DNA of 64,000 nt. Origin: an uncultured delta proteobacterium. GTDB lineage: Bacteria > Desulfobacterota > BSN033 > UBA1163. Location of the stretch: the NCBI GenBank assembly GCA_963827685.1, contig CAWHBU010000002.1:1-64000 (forward strand), written 5' to 3'. A program made the translations under genes and the position numbers. The notes beneath the pieces are model-generated. The model worked only from the letters and a program-made list of their open reading frames with translations, did not search any database and was not told the DNA's origin. Every line of letters begins with the position of its first letter. Positions within the stretch are counted from its first letter, which is position 1. Below, in pieces: positions 46,113 through 56,427 of this stretch.

Positions 46113-46613
46113 TTACTGGCTTAAAGATTTCAGATACTTGAAGCCAAAGAGGGCATCGGTAACAAGGATATATGATGTTATAGCTTTAGAGTATGTGTAG
46201 ACCCTTTCTTTCCTTTCCATCACTAACTCTCCCATTTTCACGGGAAATGCATCTTCCACACCACAGCTCAGCTGCAGCCATTCACCTGTCTTCACCCCCC
46301 CCTCTTCGAGATTGATCGAAAATGGGCTTTTTCCGAATCCGAGAGGTCTGGACGTTAATTGACTTGGATCATACGTTTCCTTACAGACTTTGCAGTAGGC
46401 GTGGCCTTTATCTGCCTTAATTAAATCCAGGACTATGTAGCCAAAATAGTCTGATTCAACTTTAACGGTTTCCGAGGGGGATGAAGCAATTGCGTCCAGT
46501 ATTTCGGTGGCCTCGTGGACTTTTTGATCAGAGTAGTACTTAAGGCGGTCAATTACGTCTGACAGCACAAAATCAAAGATAGCGTTATCATTTTTATACA
46601 TCACTGTTCTCAT
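46113..46613 (-). CDS. Hypothetical protein with CxxC
   Basis: GGAGG RBS; YCKVC; family not recognised. Confidence 0.45.
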   Translation of the reverse strand: MRTVMYKNDNAIFDFVLSDVIDRLKYYSDQKVHEATEILDAIASSPSETVKVESDYFGYIVLDLIKADKGHAYCKVCKETYDPSQLTSRPLGFGKSPFSINLEEGGVKTGEWLQLSCGVEDAFPVKMGELVMERKERVYTYSKAITSYILVTDALFGFKYLKSLSQ

Positions 46614-47188
46614 GGGACCTCCATTGTGGTTGTGGACGAATGAATTGTTGGTGAATAGGAGCCTTCTCTAAAAATTAATATATATAGAAGTTAAGGGTAT
46701 CCCTGATTGTTTAGCTGAGGAAAATAATGGGGATGGAGAGAAGGCAACTGAGGGAAGGGAGGTTCTTTGGAGCCAGGGTTTCAATACGGTTTTTATGTTG
46801 CAACATTCAAAGAGGTTCATATAGTGGCAGGATATGTGCAGTTTAGAGTTCTTTATTTATCACCTTATTTGTTTTTCCTTCGTTAATCTGAATAGACTCA
46901 AAATTGAATGGCGGAATCAATCTTGGTTTCATCCCCCGTTTATTGATTTTTAGAGAAGTAGACAAAGTTAATGTTTAACAACAGTTACGGTTACATGACA
47001 TTCTAAATAAAGGAAGGTTAGAGACTTAAAAAGACGGTGGAATGTATAGCCTCTCATGGAAATATACCTCTTTTTTTACTCCAAGAAAGGCATAAAAATT
47101 TTCTATAAAAATTTTTCTTGACAATTTTTTTATTTTGTGTAATAAACGGCATCGTAAATTGTATATAATTTTATATCTGAATCGGTTT

Positions 47189-47857
47189 ATGGAACCAATA
47201 GCAGAGAAAAAATTATTAAATAGGGAGATTGTTTACAATAAAATTCGTGAAGATATTGTTTATTGCCGGCTAAAACCTGGGGTAAGACTAATCGAAGAAG
47301 ATCTAGCGAAAAGTTTTAACGTCAGTAAAACCCCGTTACGCGAAGCATTAAGTCAATTGAATGCGGAAGGTTTTGTTGAGTATCTTCCCAACAGGGGAGT
47401 GAGAGTAGCGAGTTTATCGGTTAAGGAAGTATACGAAATATACAGCATTAGGGCTGTTTTGGAAGGATATGCTGCCAGGCTGGCCGCTAAACTAATCATA
47501 CCTAAGGGCATAGGAAAGCTAAACTTTTTCCAAAAACAATTAGAAAAACATGGAGGAAATAACAATTTTCCTGGGTGGCTTCAAAATAATACAAGATTCC
47601 ACCTTTATATCTCAGAAATTGGTGGGAATCAACATTTGTTTAATAGTATCCGACAGTTCCAAAGGCGTGTGTTCAGATATGGATACCTAGCCATATCCAT
47701 TCCCGGACACATTGAAAATTATATTTGCATCCACGAAAAAGTCATTGAGGCATTGGCAAATAAGAATTCCGATGGCGCTGAGCAATTTATGAAAAAACAT
47801 TTAATGGAAGTTCGTGACATTCTGGCGGATTTTCTGGAAAAGTATCCAGGATTCTAA
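47189..47857 (+). CDS. GntR-family (FCD) transcriptional regulator
   Basis: LKPGVRLIEEDLAKSFNVSKTPLREAL, IRAVLEG, NTRFHLYI, IHEKVI. Confidence 0.9.
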   Translation: MEPIAEKKLLNREIVYNKIREDIVYCRLKPGVRLIEEDLAKSFNVSKTPLREALSQLNAEGFVEYLPNRGVRVASLSVKEVYEIYSIRAVLEGYAARLAAKLIIPKGIGKLNFFQKQLEKHGGNNNFPGWLQNNTRFHLYISEIGGNQHLFNSIRQFQRRVFRYGYLAISIPGHIENYICIHEKVIEALANKNSDGAEQFMKKHLMEVRDILADFLEKYPGF

Positions 47858-47946
47858 AGAAAAATTTACCGAACTGCATAAACTTTGTAATTTTAATACA
47901 GTGAAGAGTTTAGTTTTAAATAATAAATTTCTTCTGGAGGTTTTAA

Positions 47947-48375
47947 ATGAAATTATTTAAAAAAATATGTGAAATTGATGAAAAGGATTTAGTAAAAATT
48001 GAGACAGTTAACGGGGTTCTATGGATAAAAAGATATTTTAGGGAGCCTGCTGGCAATATTGCTGTAGAAGATTTTCCCCCAGGTCAAATACTAAGATGGA
48101 GTTACTGGCACGATGAGGTTCACTATATTATTAAGGGGAAAGCAGAAATTACATTCTCCATGCCGCCCTTTCATCAGAAGGAGGAGAAAATCGTAGCGGA
48201 GGCGGGCGATGTTTATATGATTTATAAGGGGGAAAGTTTAACTTTTAAAGTTATTTCTGAGGAGCCGTTCAGGCATCTATGTATTATTATGCCCGCAATA
48301 CCGATACCCAGCGGTGACCACCTCGTCCTCGATCAAATGAAGAAGTCGGCATATCCTGGTGAAAAGAGAAAATAA
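47947..48375 (+). CDS. Cupin-domain protein (EutQ-like)
   Basis: WSYWHDEVHYIIKG...AGDVYMIYKG. Confidence 0.7.
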   Translation: MKLFKKICEIDEKDLVKIETVNGVLWIKRYFREPAGNIAVEDFPPGQILRWSYWHDEVHYIIKGKAEITFSMPPFHQKEEKIVAEAGDVYMIYKGESLTFKVISEEPFRHLCIIMPAIPIPSGDHLVLDQMKKSAYPGEKRK

Positions 48376-48590
48376 AGAGATCATTTCAATAATATACGAG
48401 TGAAAGAAAGCCCCAAAAATCTTCAATGAAATAAGGGTATTTTGGTAAAGCCTAAAAATAATTATCACCGTATTAATACCATAAGTTTGTAACGAAGATC
48501 AGAGTTCATAGTTCAATAAGAAAGATAACAAGACAAGCCTTTTATTTAAGAATTTGAGCAGAGGGCTGAATTTTAATCCGGGGGTAGAAA

Positions 48591-50717
48591 ATGGAGCAAA
48601 TTATAAGAACCTGCTGTCAAGCGAGTCACTCTGAGTGCGGTGTCCTTGCTCATGTTCGGGATGGAAAAGTGATTAAGATTGAGGGGGATCCCGAACATCC
48701 AATGAATCGGAGTTATATATGCCCCAAGGGAAAAAATTATACTCAATTTATATACCACCCCGACCGACTTAAATATCCTTTAAAAAGAACAGGCTTAAGA
48801 GGCGAAGGGAAATGGGCCCGGATATCGTGGCCTGAGGCCCTCGATACTATTGCTTATAAGCTAAATGAAATCTGTAAGAAAGATGGCCCCTTGGCAGTCA
48901 CGACGTCCTTGGGAACAGGACCTAAGGGTTATGAATTCATGGTCTTTCAATTAGCTTATGCTTTAGGCTGTAATGCCATGTATGCTACACATATGTGCTA
49001 TGTACCATCCCGTATTGCCGGCATGATTACCGTCGGTGCCGATATTGCTCAAGAAAGAGGCCCTGATTACCTCAACTCAAAGTGTATATTGGTCTGGGGA
49101 GGTAATCCCGTCATCTCACATCCACCTAGAGGAAGAGATATATTAGAAGCGAAAAAGAAGGGCGCCAAACTGATTGTAGTAGACCCAAGGAAGACGGTGC
49201 TGGCGTCAAAAGCTGATATTTGGCTTCAGGTAAGGCCAGCTACAGATGATGCACTAGCTTTAGGCTTCCTAAATGTACTCATAAATGAGAAACTTTACGA
49301 TAAGCAGTTTGTCGAAAACTGGTGTATAGGATTTGACAAACTGGAGAAGCACATCCAATCCTATACTCCAGAAAAAGTAGCTGAAATTACATGGATCCCA
49401 GCCGAAAAGATAAAAGCCGCTGCGAGGCTTTACGGCAGTGCCAAGCCAGCTGCGTCAACATTACATCATCGAGTTGCCGTAGAACACCACACCAACAGTT
49501 TTCAGACACTACGAACATTCTATATTATTATGGCTCTCGGAGGTAGCATAGATGCAGCAGGAGGAAATCTGATATCTGATTTTCCTAAGGGATTCAGAGG
49601 ACTATGGAGTCTTTTTAATGATCCAACCCTGCGTCCTCCTGGGAGAGATGAACCAAATCGTCTGGGGGCAAAAGAGTTTCCAATGTATTCTGGCCCAGAA
49701 GCAATTTATCGACCCGTTTCGCATAATCCATCGGTTATAAAAGCAATGTTGACCGGGAAGCCATATCCAGTCAAGGCTATGTTTGCATTTAACAACGTTG
49801 CAGTCTCCTCAGAAAGTACCAATGACACTTGGGCTGCGCTCAATAATTTGGAGTTTTCCGTGGTATCAGACTTCTTCATGACGCCTACGGCGGAGTTGGC
49901 CGATATTGTTCTCCCATCCGCCACCTGGCTGGAAAAGGATGAGATCCCCACCATTTCTTATGAGAATTTTATATGCGCTCGCCAGAAAGTTGTGGAACCC
50001 CTTTATGAATGCTGGGATGATAAGAAGATGATCTTGGAATTAGCGCCAAGACTAGGAGTTAAAAAGTGGTTTCCATGGGATAATGTTGAAGAGTTTAACA
50101 ATTGGCAACTGGCAGATATGGATTTGACGTTTAATGATTTAAAGGAAAAGGGCTACATAATTGAACCCCGAAATTATAAAAAATATGAGACTAGAGGTTT
50201 TGCAACTCCTTCTGGTAAAATCGAGCTATATTCGAGCACACTTGAAAAATACGGCTACGAACCACTCCCTCATTATCATGAGAATCCTGAGAGTCCAATT
50301 AATACCCCGGACCTTTTGCTGGAATTCCCTCTTGTATTGATTACTGGTGCGCGTCATATTGCATTTTTTCATTCAGAGGGTCGGCAAATACCGAATTTGC
50401 GAAAGTTGAACCCCTTCCCGATATTAGAGTTGCACACTGATACAGCAAAAGAATTGGGTATTAGTGATGGGGACTGGGTATGGATTGAAACCCCAAGGGG
50501 AAAGGGTAGGATTAAACAGATGGCAAAACTAACTTCAGATATCGATCCGCGAGTATGTAGTGCCGCACACCATTGGTGGTTCCCTGAAGACCCAGGGCCG
50601 GACCATGGTATTTGGAGGTCAAATGTAAATGTTGTTACGTGCATTGATCCTCCATATGATCCAGTGGTGGGAGCGGCCCCATTAAGGGGTCTGTTATGTA
50701 AAGTTTATAAGGCATAG
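48591..50717 (+). CDS. Mo/W-bisPGD oxidoreductase (DMSO reductase family, acetylene-hydratase-like group)
   Basis: Fe-S motif ...ECGV...GDPEHPMN...CPKG, WGGNP, VVDPR, RPATDDAL, TPTAELADIVLP, TPSGKIEL, FHSEGRQ; no Tat signal. Confidence 0.85.
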   Translation: MEQIIRTCCQASHSECGVLAHVRDGKVIKIEGDPEHPMNRSYICPKGKNYTQFIYHPDRLKYPLKRTGLRGEGKWARISWPEALDTIAYKLNEICKKDGPLAVTTSLGTGPKGYEFMVFQLAYALGCNAMYATHMCYVPSRIAGMITVGADIAQERGPDYLNSKCILVWGGNPVISHPPRGRDILEAKKKGAKLIVVDPRKTVLASKADIWLQVRPATDDALALGFLNVLINEKLYDKQFVENWCIGFDKLEKHIQSYTPEKVAEITWIPAEKIKAAARLYGSAKPAASTLHHRVAVEHHTNSFQTLRTFYIIMALGGSIDAAGGNLISDFPKGFRGLWSLFNDPTLRPPGRDEPNRLGAKEFPMYSGPEAIYRPVSHNPSVIKAMLTGKPYPVKAMFAFNNVAVSSESTNDTWAALNNLEFSVVSDFFMTPTAELADIVLPSATWLEKDEIPTISYENFICARQKVVEPLYECWDDKKMILELAPRLGVKKWFPWDNVEEFNNWQLADMDLTFNDLKEKGYIIEPRNYKKYETRGFATPSGKIELYSSTLEKYGYEPLPHYHENPESPINTPDLLLEFPLVLITGARHIAFFHSEGRQIPNLRKLNPFPILELHTDTAKELGISDGDWVWIETPRGKGRIKQMAKLTSDIDPRVCSAAHHWWFPEDPGPDHGIWRSNVNVVTCIDPPYDPVVGAAPLRGLLCKVYKA

Positions 50718-50754
50718 ATTACGCGACAATTTTGGAAAGGAGGGAAAGATAGTA

Positions 50755-52311
50755 ATGTACATTGATGAAGATAAATGTATCCTATGTGATGAGTGCATTC
50801 GAGCATGTGCTTTAGGAGCGATTTCGGAACGGGATGGGCAGATAGTCATTGGTAAAGAGTGCGTCAACTCTTTGGGGTGTCCTGCAGCAACCATTTGCCC
50901 TCAAGAAGCCATATTACACCATGATAAGAGTCCGGTTATAAGTGCTGTTATGTGCAGTGTTTGCCCTGTGCGGTGTGAAATTCCACCTGGGGGTACAGGG
51001 GATTGCCAAATGTTAACGAACAAAGAGGGCCAAATCGTTCGTAGAACCGAGCTTACGCCGTATGAGGATATCAGGCAAAATCTAAAGCCTGAATTTGACC
51101 CGGTTATATCCAAACCTTTAATGACAGGAATAGGCGCTGGGACTCATTGTATTAATCCCCCAGCGCCTTTAGTCGTTTTAGAAAATGTTGAAGGGGTTGA
51201 TGTAGTTACTTCAGTCACTGAGTGTCACTATCTTTATGCAGGCATAAAGGTGAAAATAGATACCGAGAAGTATGTTGGTGAGGAAGGCTCAAAAGTCTTT
51301 TTTGAGGGAAAAGAAGTTGGCATGGTAAGTAAGGAACATTACGGGTCTAAATTTCTCGAATTAGGTGATGTAAACACTTTTACTAATGGTAAGGACGGCT
51401 GGAAGGCTGCCAAGCTGGTAGCTGATATCGCCAACCGAAAACCTGTGAAATTGGAAATTAAGGAAGGAAGTACCTTAGAAGTTCAAGTAGGCAAGAAGCC
51501 GATAATAGACGGGGAGCTGTCTGAGCGTCGACGTTATGGTTGTGGTGGGGAGGTTGGGGTTTCCTTGGGGAGTGTGTTTTTGAAAGAACTATTCGAGAAA
51601 GGGATCGTCAACGAAGGGATTGTTATAGATCGGGGATACACTGGTCGTTTTGGGATCCCAGCTGTGGATTTTAATCTAGACCCTTGGGGTAAACCTATTA
51701 TGAAAAGTGGTATAAGGATTAAGTACGTGAACCCAGTCCGCTTCTGTTTGCCTCATGTTGGTGGAAAAGGCTGGGGATGTACACCCCTAAAAAAGGGTTT
51801 TGACATTATTCTCGATTACGATCCGAATCGTATAGAACCGGGTTATACCCTCTTGATTACTGAACCTAGTGCAGATAGAATCGAATTTTATGAGTTTACT
51901 AAGGGTAAGACTTTCAAAGAAATACCTTTGCCTAAGGAGGTTGAAGAAGCTATAGAAGTGTTCCGGAGCGAATGCGAACCAGCTCGTGTATCCGCTTATT
52001 TCATCGCCGGCGCTGGTGGCACAGCGAGAAAAGGGGTCGCCAAAAAACCAGTACGTCTTTCACAGGCTGTGCTGGAAAGAAAAGCGAGAGTAACGGTGGG
52101 GGGAGCGCCAGCGTTTGTTTATACCGGTGGAGGGATAAATTTTACGGTTGACGTGGAAGAGGTTAAACCAGGGGCTTTCTACTGGACGGCGGCTCCTGCT
52201 GTTGTAGCCCCCTTGGAATTCACCCTGAAACTTGAAGACTATAAGCAGATTGGCGGTTTTATAGAAGACATACGTCCATTAGCTGAGGTTTTAAAAAAGA
52301 TTGTAAAGTAA
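50755..52311 (+). CDS. 6-hydroxynicotinate reductase (Hnr)-like Fe-S protein
   Basis: N-terminal ferredoxin, CSVCPVRC, TGIGAGT, GVDVVTSVTE, KVKIDT, YGS, GCG, GKGWG, CEPARVS, AGAGGTAR, VTVGGAP, GGGINF.VDV, APLEFT follow the Hnr block order as recalled. Confidence 0.75.
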   Translation: MYIDEDKCILCDECIRACALGAISERDGQIVIGKECVNSLGCPAATICPQEAILHHDKSPVISAVMCSVCPVRCEIPPGGTGDCQMLTNKEGQIVRRTELTPYEDIRQNLKPEFDPVISKPLMTGIGAGTHCINPPAPLVVLENVEGVDVVTSVTECHYLYAGIKVKIDTEKYVGEEGSKVFFEGKEVGMVSKEHYGSKFLELGDVNTFTNGKDGWKAAKLVADIANRKPVKLEIKEGSTLEVQVGKKPIIDGELSERRRYGCGGEVGVSLGSVFLKELFEKGIVNEGIVIDRGYTGRFGIPAVDFNLDPWGKPIMKSGIRIKYVNPVRFCLPHVGGKGWGCTPLKKGFDIILDYDPNRIEPGYTLLITEPSADRIEFYEFTKGKTFKEIPLPKEVEEAIEVFRSECEPARVSAYFIAGAGGTARKGVAKKPVRLSQAVLERKARVTVGGAPAFVYTGGGINFTVDVEEVKPGAFYWTAAPAVVAPLEFTLKLEDYKQIGGFIEDIRPLAEVLKKIVK

Positions 52312-52326
52312 TGGGAATATCACCTT

Positions 52327-53199
52327 ATGAGTACACATGAATGTCAAGATGAATACAAAAGCATTAAAGAAATGGATGATGGCACTGTCGTTGTTCACAG
52401 AGGGCCAATGTTAATGAGTATTTTTGTATCGAATGGAACAATTTCCAACAGCACTTTAGCCAAACGAGGGGCTGAAAAAGCATTAGAGGTGTTGGACACA
52501 CTAGGAAGGTTTCGAAAGGTGATAACTAAAAAAATTGGGGAGATAGGATCCATTGAAGTGTTACCACCGATCGTTAGGAGAATGGTGTCGGCCGCTCAAA
52601 AATTTGAAGACCCAACTGTAACACCTTTAATTGCAGTGGCCGGAGTTGGAGCTGATGAGGTGGCCGATTTCATTTTCAATGTTGGGAATTCTACGAAAGT
52701 AATAGTAAATAATGGTGGTGATATAGCTATTCGATTAGAGAAACATGAGGAGGTAAAGGTTGGTATCAAAACAGACCTCTCTGAAAGAAAGGTTACGCAT
52801 ATCCTAACTGTTAGGGGAACAAATGGCATAGGAGGGGTGGCTACAAGTGGTTTTGGAGGGAGAAGTTTTACAAGAGGCATCGCTAATGCAGCAGTAGCTA
52901 TCGCGGTGGATGCAACTTCGGCCGATGTGGCTGCCACACTGATTGGCAATGCCACCGATATCGAAAGTCCTAATATAATAAAGGCTCTAGCTCGGGATTT
53001 GTATGAGTTTACAGATATTCCTGATCTCTGGGTTACAAAAAGTATTGGTGTCTTGGAAGCATCTGAAGTCAAACAGGCTCTCGATCGCGGTATGCGAAAG
53101 GCTGAAACATTTCAAGAAAAAGGACTAATCATTGGAACCTTTTTGGCTGTAAAAGACCAATTTACGGTTTCCAAACCGATATTTCCGTTTATTCAATAA
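52327..53199 (+). CDS. UPF0280/ApbE-like protein
   Basis: TPLIAVAG, VNNGGDIA, GGVATSGFGGRSFTRGIA, ADVAATLIGNA. Confidence 0.82.
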   Translation: MSTHECQDEYKSIKEMDDGTVVVHRGPMLMSIFVSNGTISNSTLAKRGAEKALEVLDTLGRFRKVITKKIGEIGSIEVLPPIVRRMVSAAQKFEDPTVTPLIAVAGVGADEVADFIFNVGNSTKVIVNNGGDIAIRLEKHEEVKVGIKTDLSERKVTHILTVRGTNGIGGVATSGFGGRSFTRGIANAAVAIAVDATSADVAATLIGNATDIESPNIIKALARDLYEFTDIPDLWVTKSIGVLEASEVKQALDRGMRKAETFQEKGLIIGTFLAVKDQFTVSKPIFPFIQ

Positions 53200-53244
53200 A
53201 TAATTCAGTTTAGCTGATCTAATTACGTTATAGGAAAAGCTATT

Positions 53245-54120
53245 ATGCGTATCCATCTAGTTCAGATGAAACCTAAGCTATTTGATAAGAAAACAAACCT
53301 TGAGATTATGGCAAGGTACATTGAACAAGCCATCAAACAAAAGATAAGTTTGGTGGTTTTTCCTGAACTTTCTCTAACAGGATATATGTGCAGGAAGGCC
53401 TTTGCAGAACTTGCGGAGCCTATACCGGGTCCTTCGATAAGAGATATTGCTTTAAAAGCTCAGAAAAACAAAATTTACGTCCTTTTTGGTATGGCAGAAA
53501 AAAAAGGTGATGGAATTTATAACTCGGCTCCTCTTTGTGGTCCAAATGGAATAGTTGGCATATGGAGGAAAACCTATCTTCCTCAATTTATTTCCTTCAG
53601 CGGAGTGCGCTATGAGGAGAAAAAATATTTCCGTTCTGGTGAACAATTAAATGTCTTCGACACCAGATTCGGGAAAATTGGTATTCAAATATGCTACGAG
53701 ATTTGGTTTCCAGAGATTGCGAGAGCGCAAGCCAGACAAGGTGCCTGGCTACTTTTAAATATTTCCGCTGCCCCTATGGGTGTACCAAGAACTTTTCGAC
53801 AATTAGGGCAAGCCCGAGCACTCGAAAATAGTTGCTGGTTTGGTTTCGTAAATCAGGTGGGCCGTCAAGAAAGTATTTCTTTTGGAGGTGGAACATGTAT
53901 GGTTGATCCCAATGGAGCCCTTACAGATTTGGCCACTCTTGAATCGGAATCAAAGGAAGAGGTTCTTTGCTGCGAGATTATACCACAACCCGTATTCAAA
54001 AGGCGGAAGAGTCTACCAGTTTTAAGGGATGTTCGCCCTAAGATAATTCGTAAATTCGCCCACGTATTAGATAATCAGGAGAGAGGAGGTGAGAAAAAGA
54101 GAAAGGAGAAGATGATATAA
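53245..54120 (+). CDS. Carbon-nitrogen hydrolase (nitrilase superfamily amidase)
   Basis: E-K-C triad: FPELSLTGY, WRKTYLP, ICYEIWFPE; ARALEN. Confidence 0.88.
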   Translation: MRIHLVQMKPKLFDKKTNLEIMARYIEQAIKQKISLVVFPELSLTGYMCRKAFAELAEPIPGPSIRDIALKAQKNKIYVLFGMAEKKGDGIYNSAPLCGPNGIVGIWRKTYLPQFISFSGVRYEEKKYFRSGEQLNVFDTRFGKIGIQICYEIWFPEIARAQARQGAWLLLNISAAPMGVPRTFRQLGQARALENSCWFGFVNQVGRQESISFGGGTCMVDPNGALTDLATLESESKEEVLCCEIIPQPVFKRRKSLPVLRDVRPKIIRKFAHVLDNQERGGEKKRKEKMI

Positions 54121-54212
54121 AGAAGAGGTGAGCAATAGGAGGGGTTTTAGTGCTCTTCACATTTAAATTTAGAGAGGCAACTCGAGGCGGAAGTTGACCT
54201 AAGGAGGAAGCT

Positions 54213-55430
54213 ATGGTGAAAAAACAATCGTTATACATAATGACTTTTTGCTGCATTTTGGGGTTGATCTTAGCCATTTTCTGTTCAAGTAGGATTGTTT
54301 CGGCTGCTGATACCCTGAAACTGGGGGTAATTGTGCCCTTAAGTGGTGCGGCAGCGGAACCAGGAACGCGAATGTTGAAAGCTATAGAGCTAGCAGCTAA
54401 CGATGTAAATAAATCAGGGGGTGTGTTAGGCAAGAAAATTGAGTTAGTCGTATGGGACGAGGAAGCCAAAGTTGATAAAGCTTTGACTGGAGCAAAGAAA
54501 CTCATCATGCAAGATAAAGTCTGGGGACTTGTGGGTGGCTATCGTACGGGGGTTTCTTTAGCCATTATGGATGTTTCTGCTGACGAAAAGGTGATTTGGA
54601 TGATTACTGATTCTGTCGGAGACCAAATCACAGATAAGATCAAGGAAAATTATGACAAATATAAATATACCTTTCGGAGTCAATCCCCTGCCAGCGATTT
54701 TGCAAAGAATGGGATCCCTTTTTTAACTGACGTCGTGAAAACTAAAAAATACTTTTATGTTTCAGAAAATACCCAATGGACCAAGAGCCTAGGGGAAGCA
54801 CTAAATAAATTCGCTGTTCCCCTTGGCATCGAGTGTGTTGGGACAGTTGAATGTGACCCTGGTGCTACGGAATTTACTTCGGAAATTGAAAAAATCAGGC
54901 AAGCCAACCCTGGGGCTGTCATTTGTAGCCTAGCTGCTGCTGCAGGGCCAGCTTTTGCAAGGCAATACGCAGAGGCCAGAATAAGGATACCAATTATGTA
55001 CTGTGCAGGCATCATGACCTTTCAAGATGTGGTTCAGGGACTTGGCGACAAAGCAAATTATCAATGCACGATGGCTTGGCTATGGGATATTCCCGTGACT
55101 CCCAAAACCTTAGATTTTTACAAAAGATACACCCAATACTATGCACGTCCAGGGGGTTCAGAAGATAGCCGAGGCTATGATGGCTTAATGCTTATAGTGG
55201 AGGGTATCAACAAGGCAAAATCCTTTGATGTGGATAAAGTTGCAAAAGCTCTGGAAGGTATTGAGTATGTCGGCGTAAGCGGGAAATTCGTTTTTGGAAA
55301 AGATCATCAACCTAAGTATGGGCAAGGACTTCTGGAACCTATAATAGTCCAGTGGTTTAATAAGAAAGGTTACGTGATTTATCCAGCAAGGTTGGCAAAT
55401 TCTGCTTTCAAATTGATGCCTAGTAAATAA
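54213..55430 (+). CDS. Branched-chain amino acid-type ABC substrate-binding protein
   Basis: Signal peptide; LKLGVIVPLSG, VNKSGGVLGKKIEL, GYDG, GVSGKF. Confidence 0.9.
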   Translation: MVKKQSLYIMTFCCILGLILAIFCSSRIVSAADTLKLGVIVPLSGAAAEPGTRMLKAIELAANDVNKSGGVLGKKIELVVWDEEAKVDKALTGAKKLIMQDKVWGLVGGYRTGVSLAIMDVSADEKVIWMITDSVGDQITDKIKENYDKYKYTFRSQSPASDFAKNGIPFLTDVVKTKKYFYVSENTQWTKSLGEALNKFAVPLGIECVGTVECDPGATEFTSEIEKIRQANPGAVICSLAAAAGPAFARQYAEARIRIPIMYCAGIMTFQDVVQGLGDKANYQCTMAWLWDIPVTPKTLDFYKRYTQYYARPGGSEDSRGYDGLMLIVEGINKAKSFDVDKVAKALEGIEYVGVSGKFVFGKDHQPKYGQGLLEPIIVQWFNKKGYVIYPARLANSAFKLMPSK

Positions 55431-55439
55431 TAGCATTAG

Positions 55440-55486
55440 CCCTTTCGGTTGGTGGAAATCATTAATGAACTCACCAACCGAAAGGG
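55440..55486 (+). promoter_or_regulatory. Intergenic 15-bp stem-loop between the substrate-binding and permease genes
   Basis: ccctttcggttggtg...caccaaccgaaaggg. Confidence 0.6.
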
Positions 55487-55510
55487 TATTAATGATCGAA
55501 GGTTAACTTC

Positions 55511-56365
55511 ATGCTATTGCAAATCCTAGTAAGTGGTTTTTTCCTCGGGGGTATTTATGCCCTTATGGCCTGCGGTTTGTCGCTTATACTTGGCGTGATG
55601 CGCATTGTGAACTTAACCCATGGGTGTTTTTTCACTCTCGGTGCTTATATTCTTTTTTCTTTTATTTTAAGGGCAAATGTAAATCCTTTCATCGGTATGT
55701 TTTTTACCATCATCGTTTTATTCTTCATTGGAAGCATTTTGGAGTGGTTGATAATAAAGAGAATAAAGTATTCGGAAATAAACATGATGGTTCTTACTCT
55801 GGCCTTAGCAATTGCTGGTGAGGAATTCATCCGCATTGCCTGGGGACCTAAGTATTTGCATATTCCCCCTTTGATCGAAGGTGAATTTAGATTGGGACAT
55901 ATATATATGTCCAATCAACGGATATTAGCTTGTTTCATTGGATTATTTATGCTCTTTCTTCTGATGCTTTTCTTAAAGAAGACTAAGACTGGAAAGGCCA
56001 TCCGTATGGTACAACAAATTCCAGAAACTGCTGCGTTGATGGGAATTAATGTGAGGACAATCTCTATGGTTGTCTTTGGATTAGGAGTAGTTTTGGCTGG
56101 TGCGGCAGGAAGTTTGTGGGCCCCTATGTATATTATATATCCGGCAATGGGATGGACACCACTACTTATCTCATTTGCCATCGTAATATTGGGTGGCATG
56201 GGTAGTCTCGGTGGCTCAATCTTGGGAGGCTTCTTATTTGGTTTCGCTACTCTTCTAACATCTATGTACATATCGTCTGGGCTGGTTAATGTTATTCCCT
56301 TTATAACTTTGTTCATAGTGCTGCTGATACGACCAACTGGTTTTTTTGGAAAGGATATTTTTTAA
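55511..56365 (+). CDS. LivH-like permease
   Basis: GLSLILGVMRIVNLTHG, VILGGMGS, RPTGFFG. Confidence 0.9.
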   Translation: MLLQILVSGFFLGGIYALMACGLSLILGVMRIVNLTHGCFFTLGAYILFSFILRANVNPFIGMFFTIIVLFFIGSILEWLIIKRIKYSEINMMVLTLALAIAGEEFIRIAWGPKYLHIPPLIEGEFRLGHIYMSNQRILACFIGLFMLFLLMLFLKKTKTGKAIRMVQQIPETAALMGINVRTISMVVFGLGVVLAGAAGSLWAPMYIIYPAMGWTPLLISFAIVILGGMGSLGGSILGGFLFGFATLLTSMYISSGLVNVIPFITLFIVLLIRPTGFFGKDIF

Positions 56366-56427
56366 AAAGTATTTCATATATTTGTGAGAAATGGATATTT
56401 TAATGACCAAGATCTTTACAGTGAATT

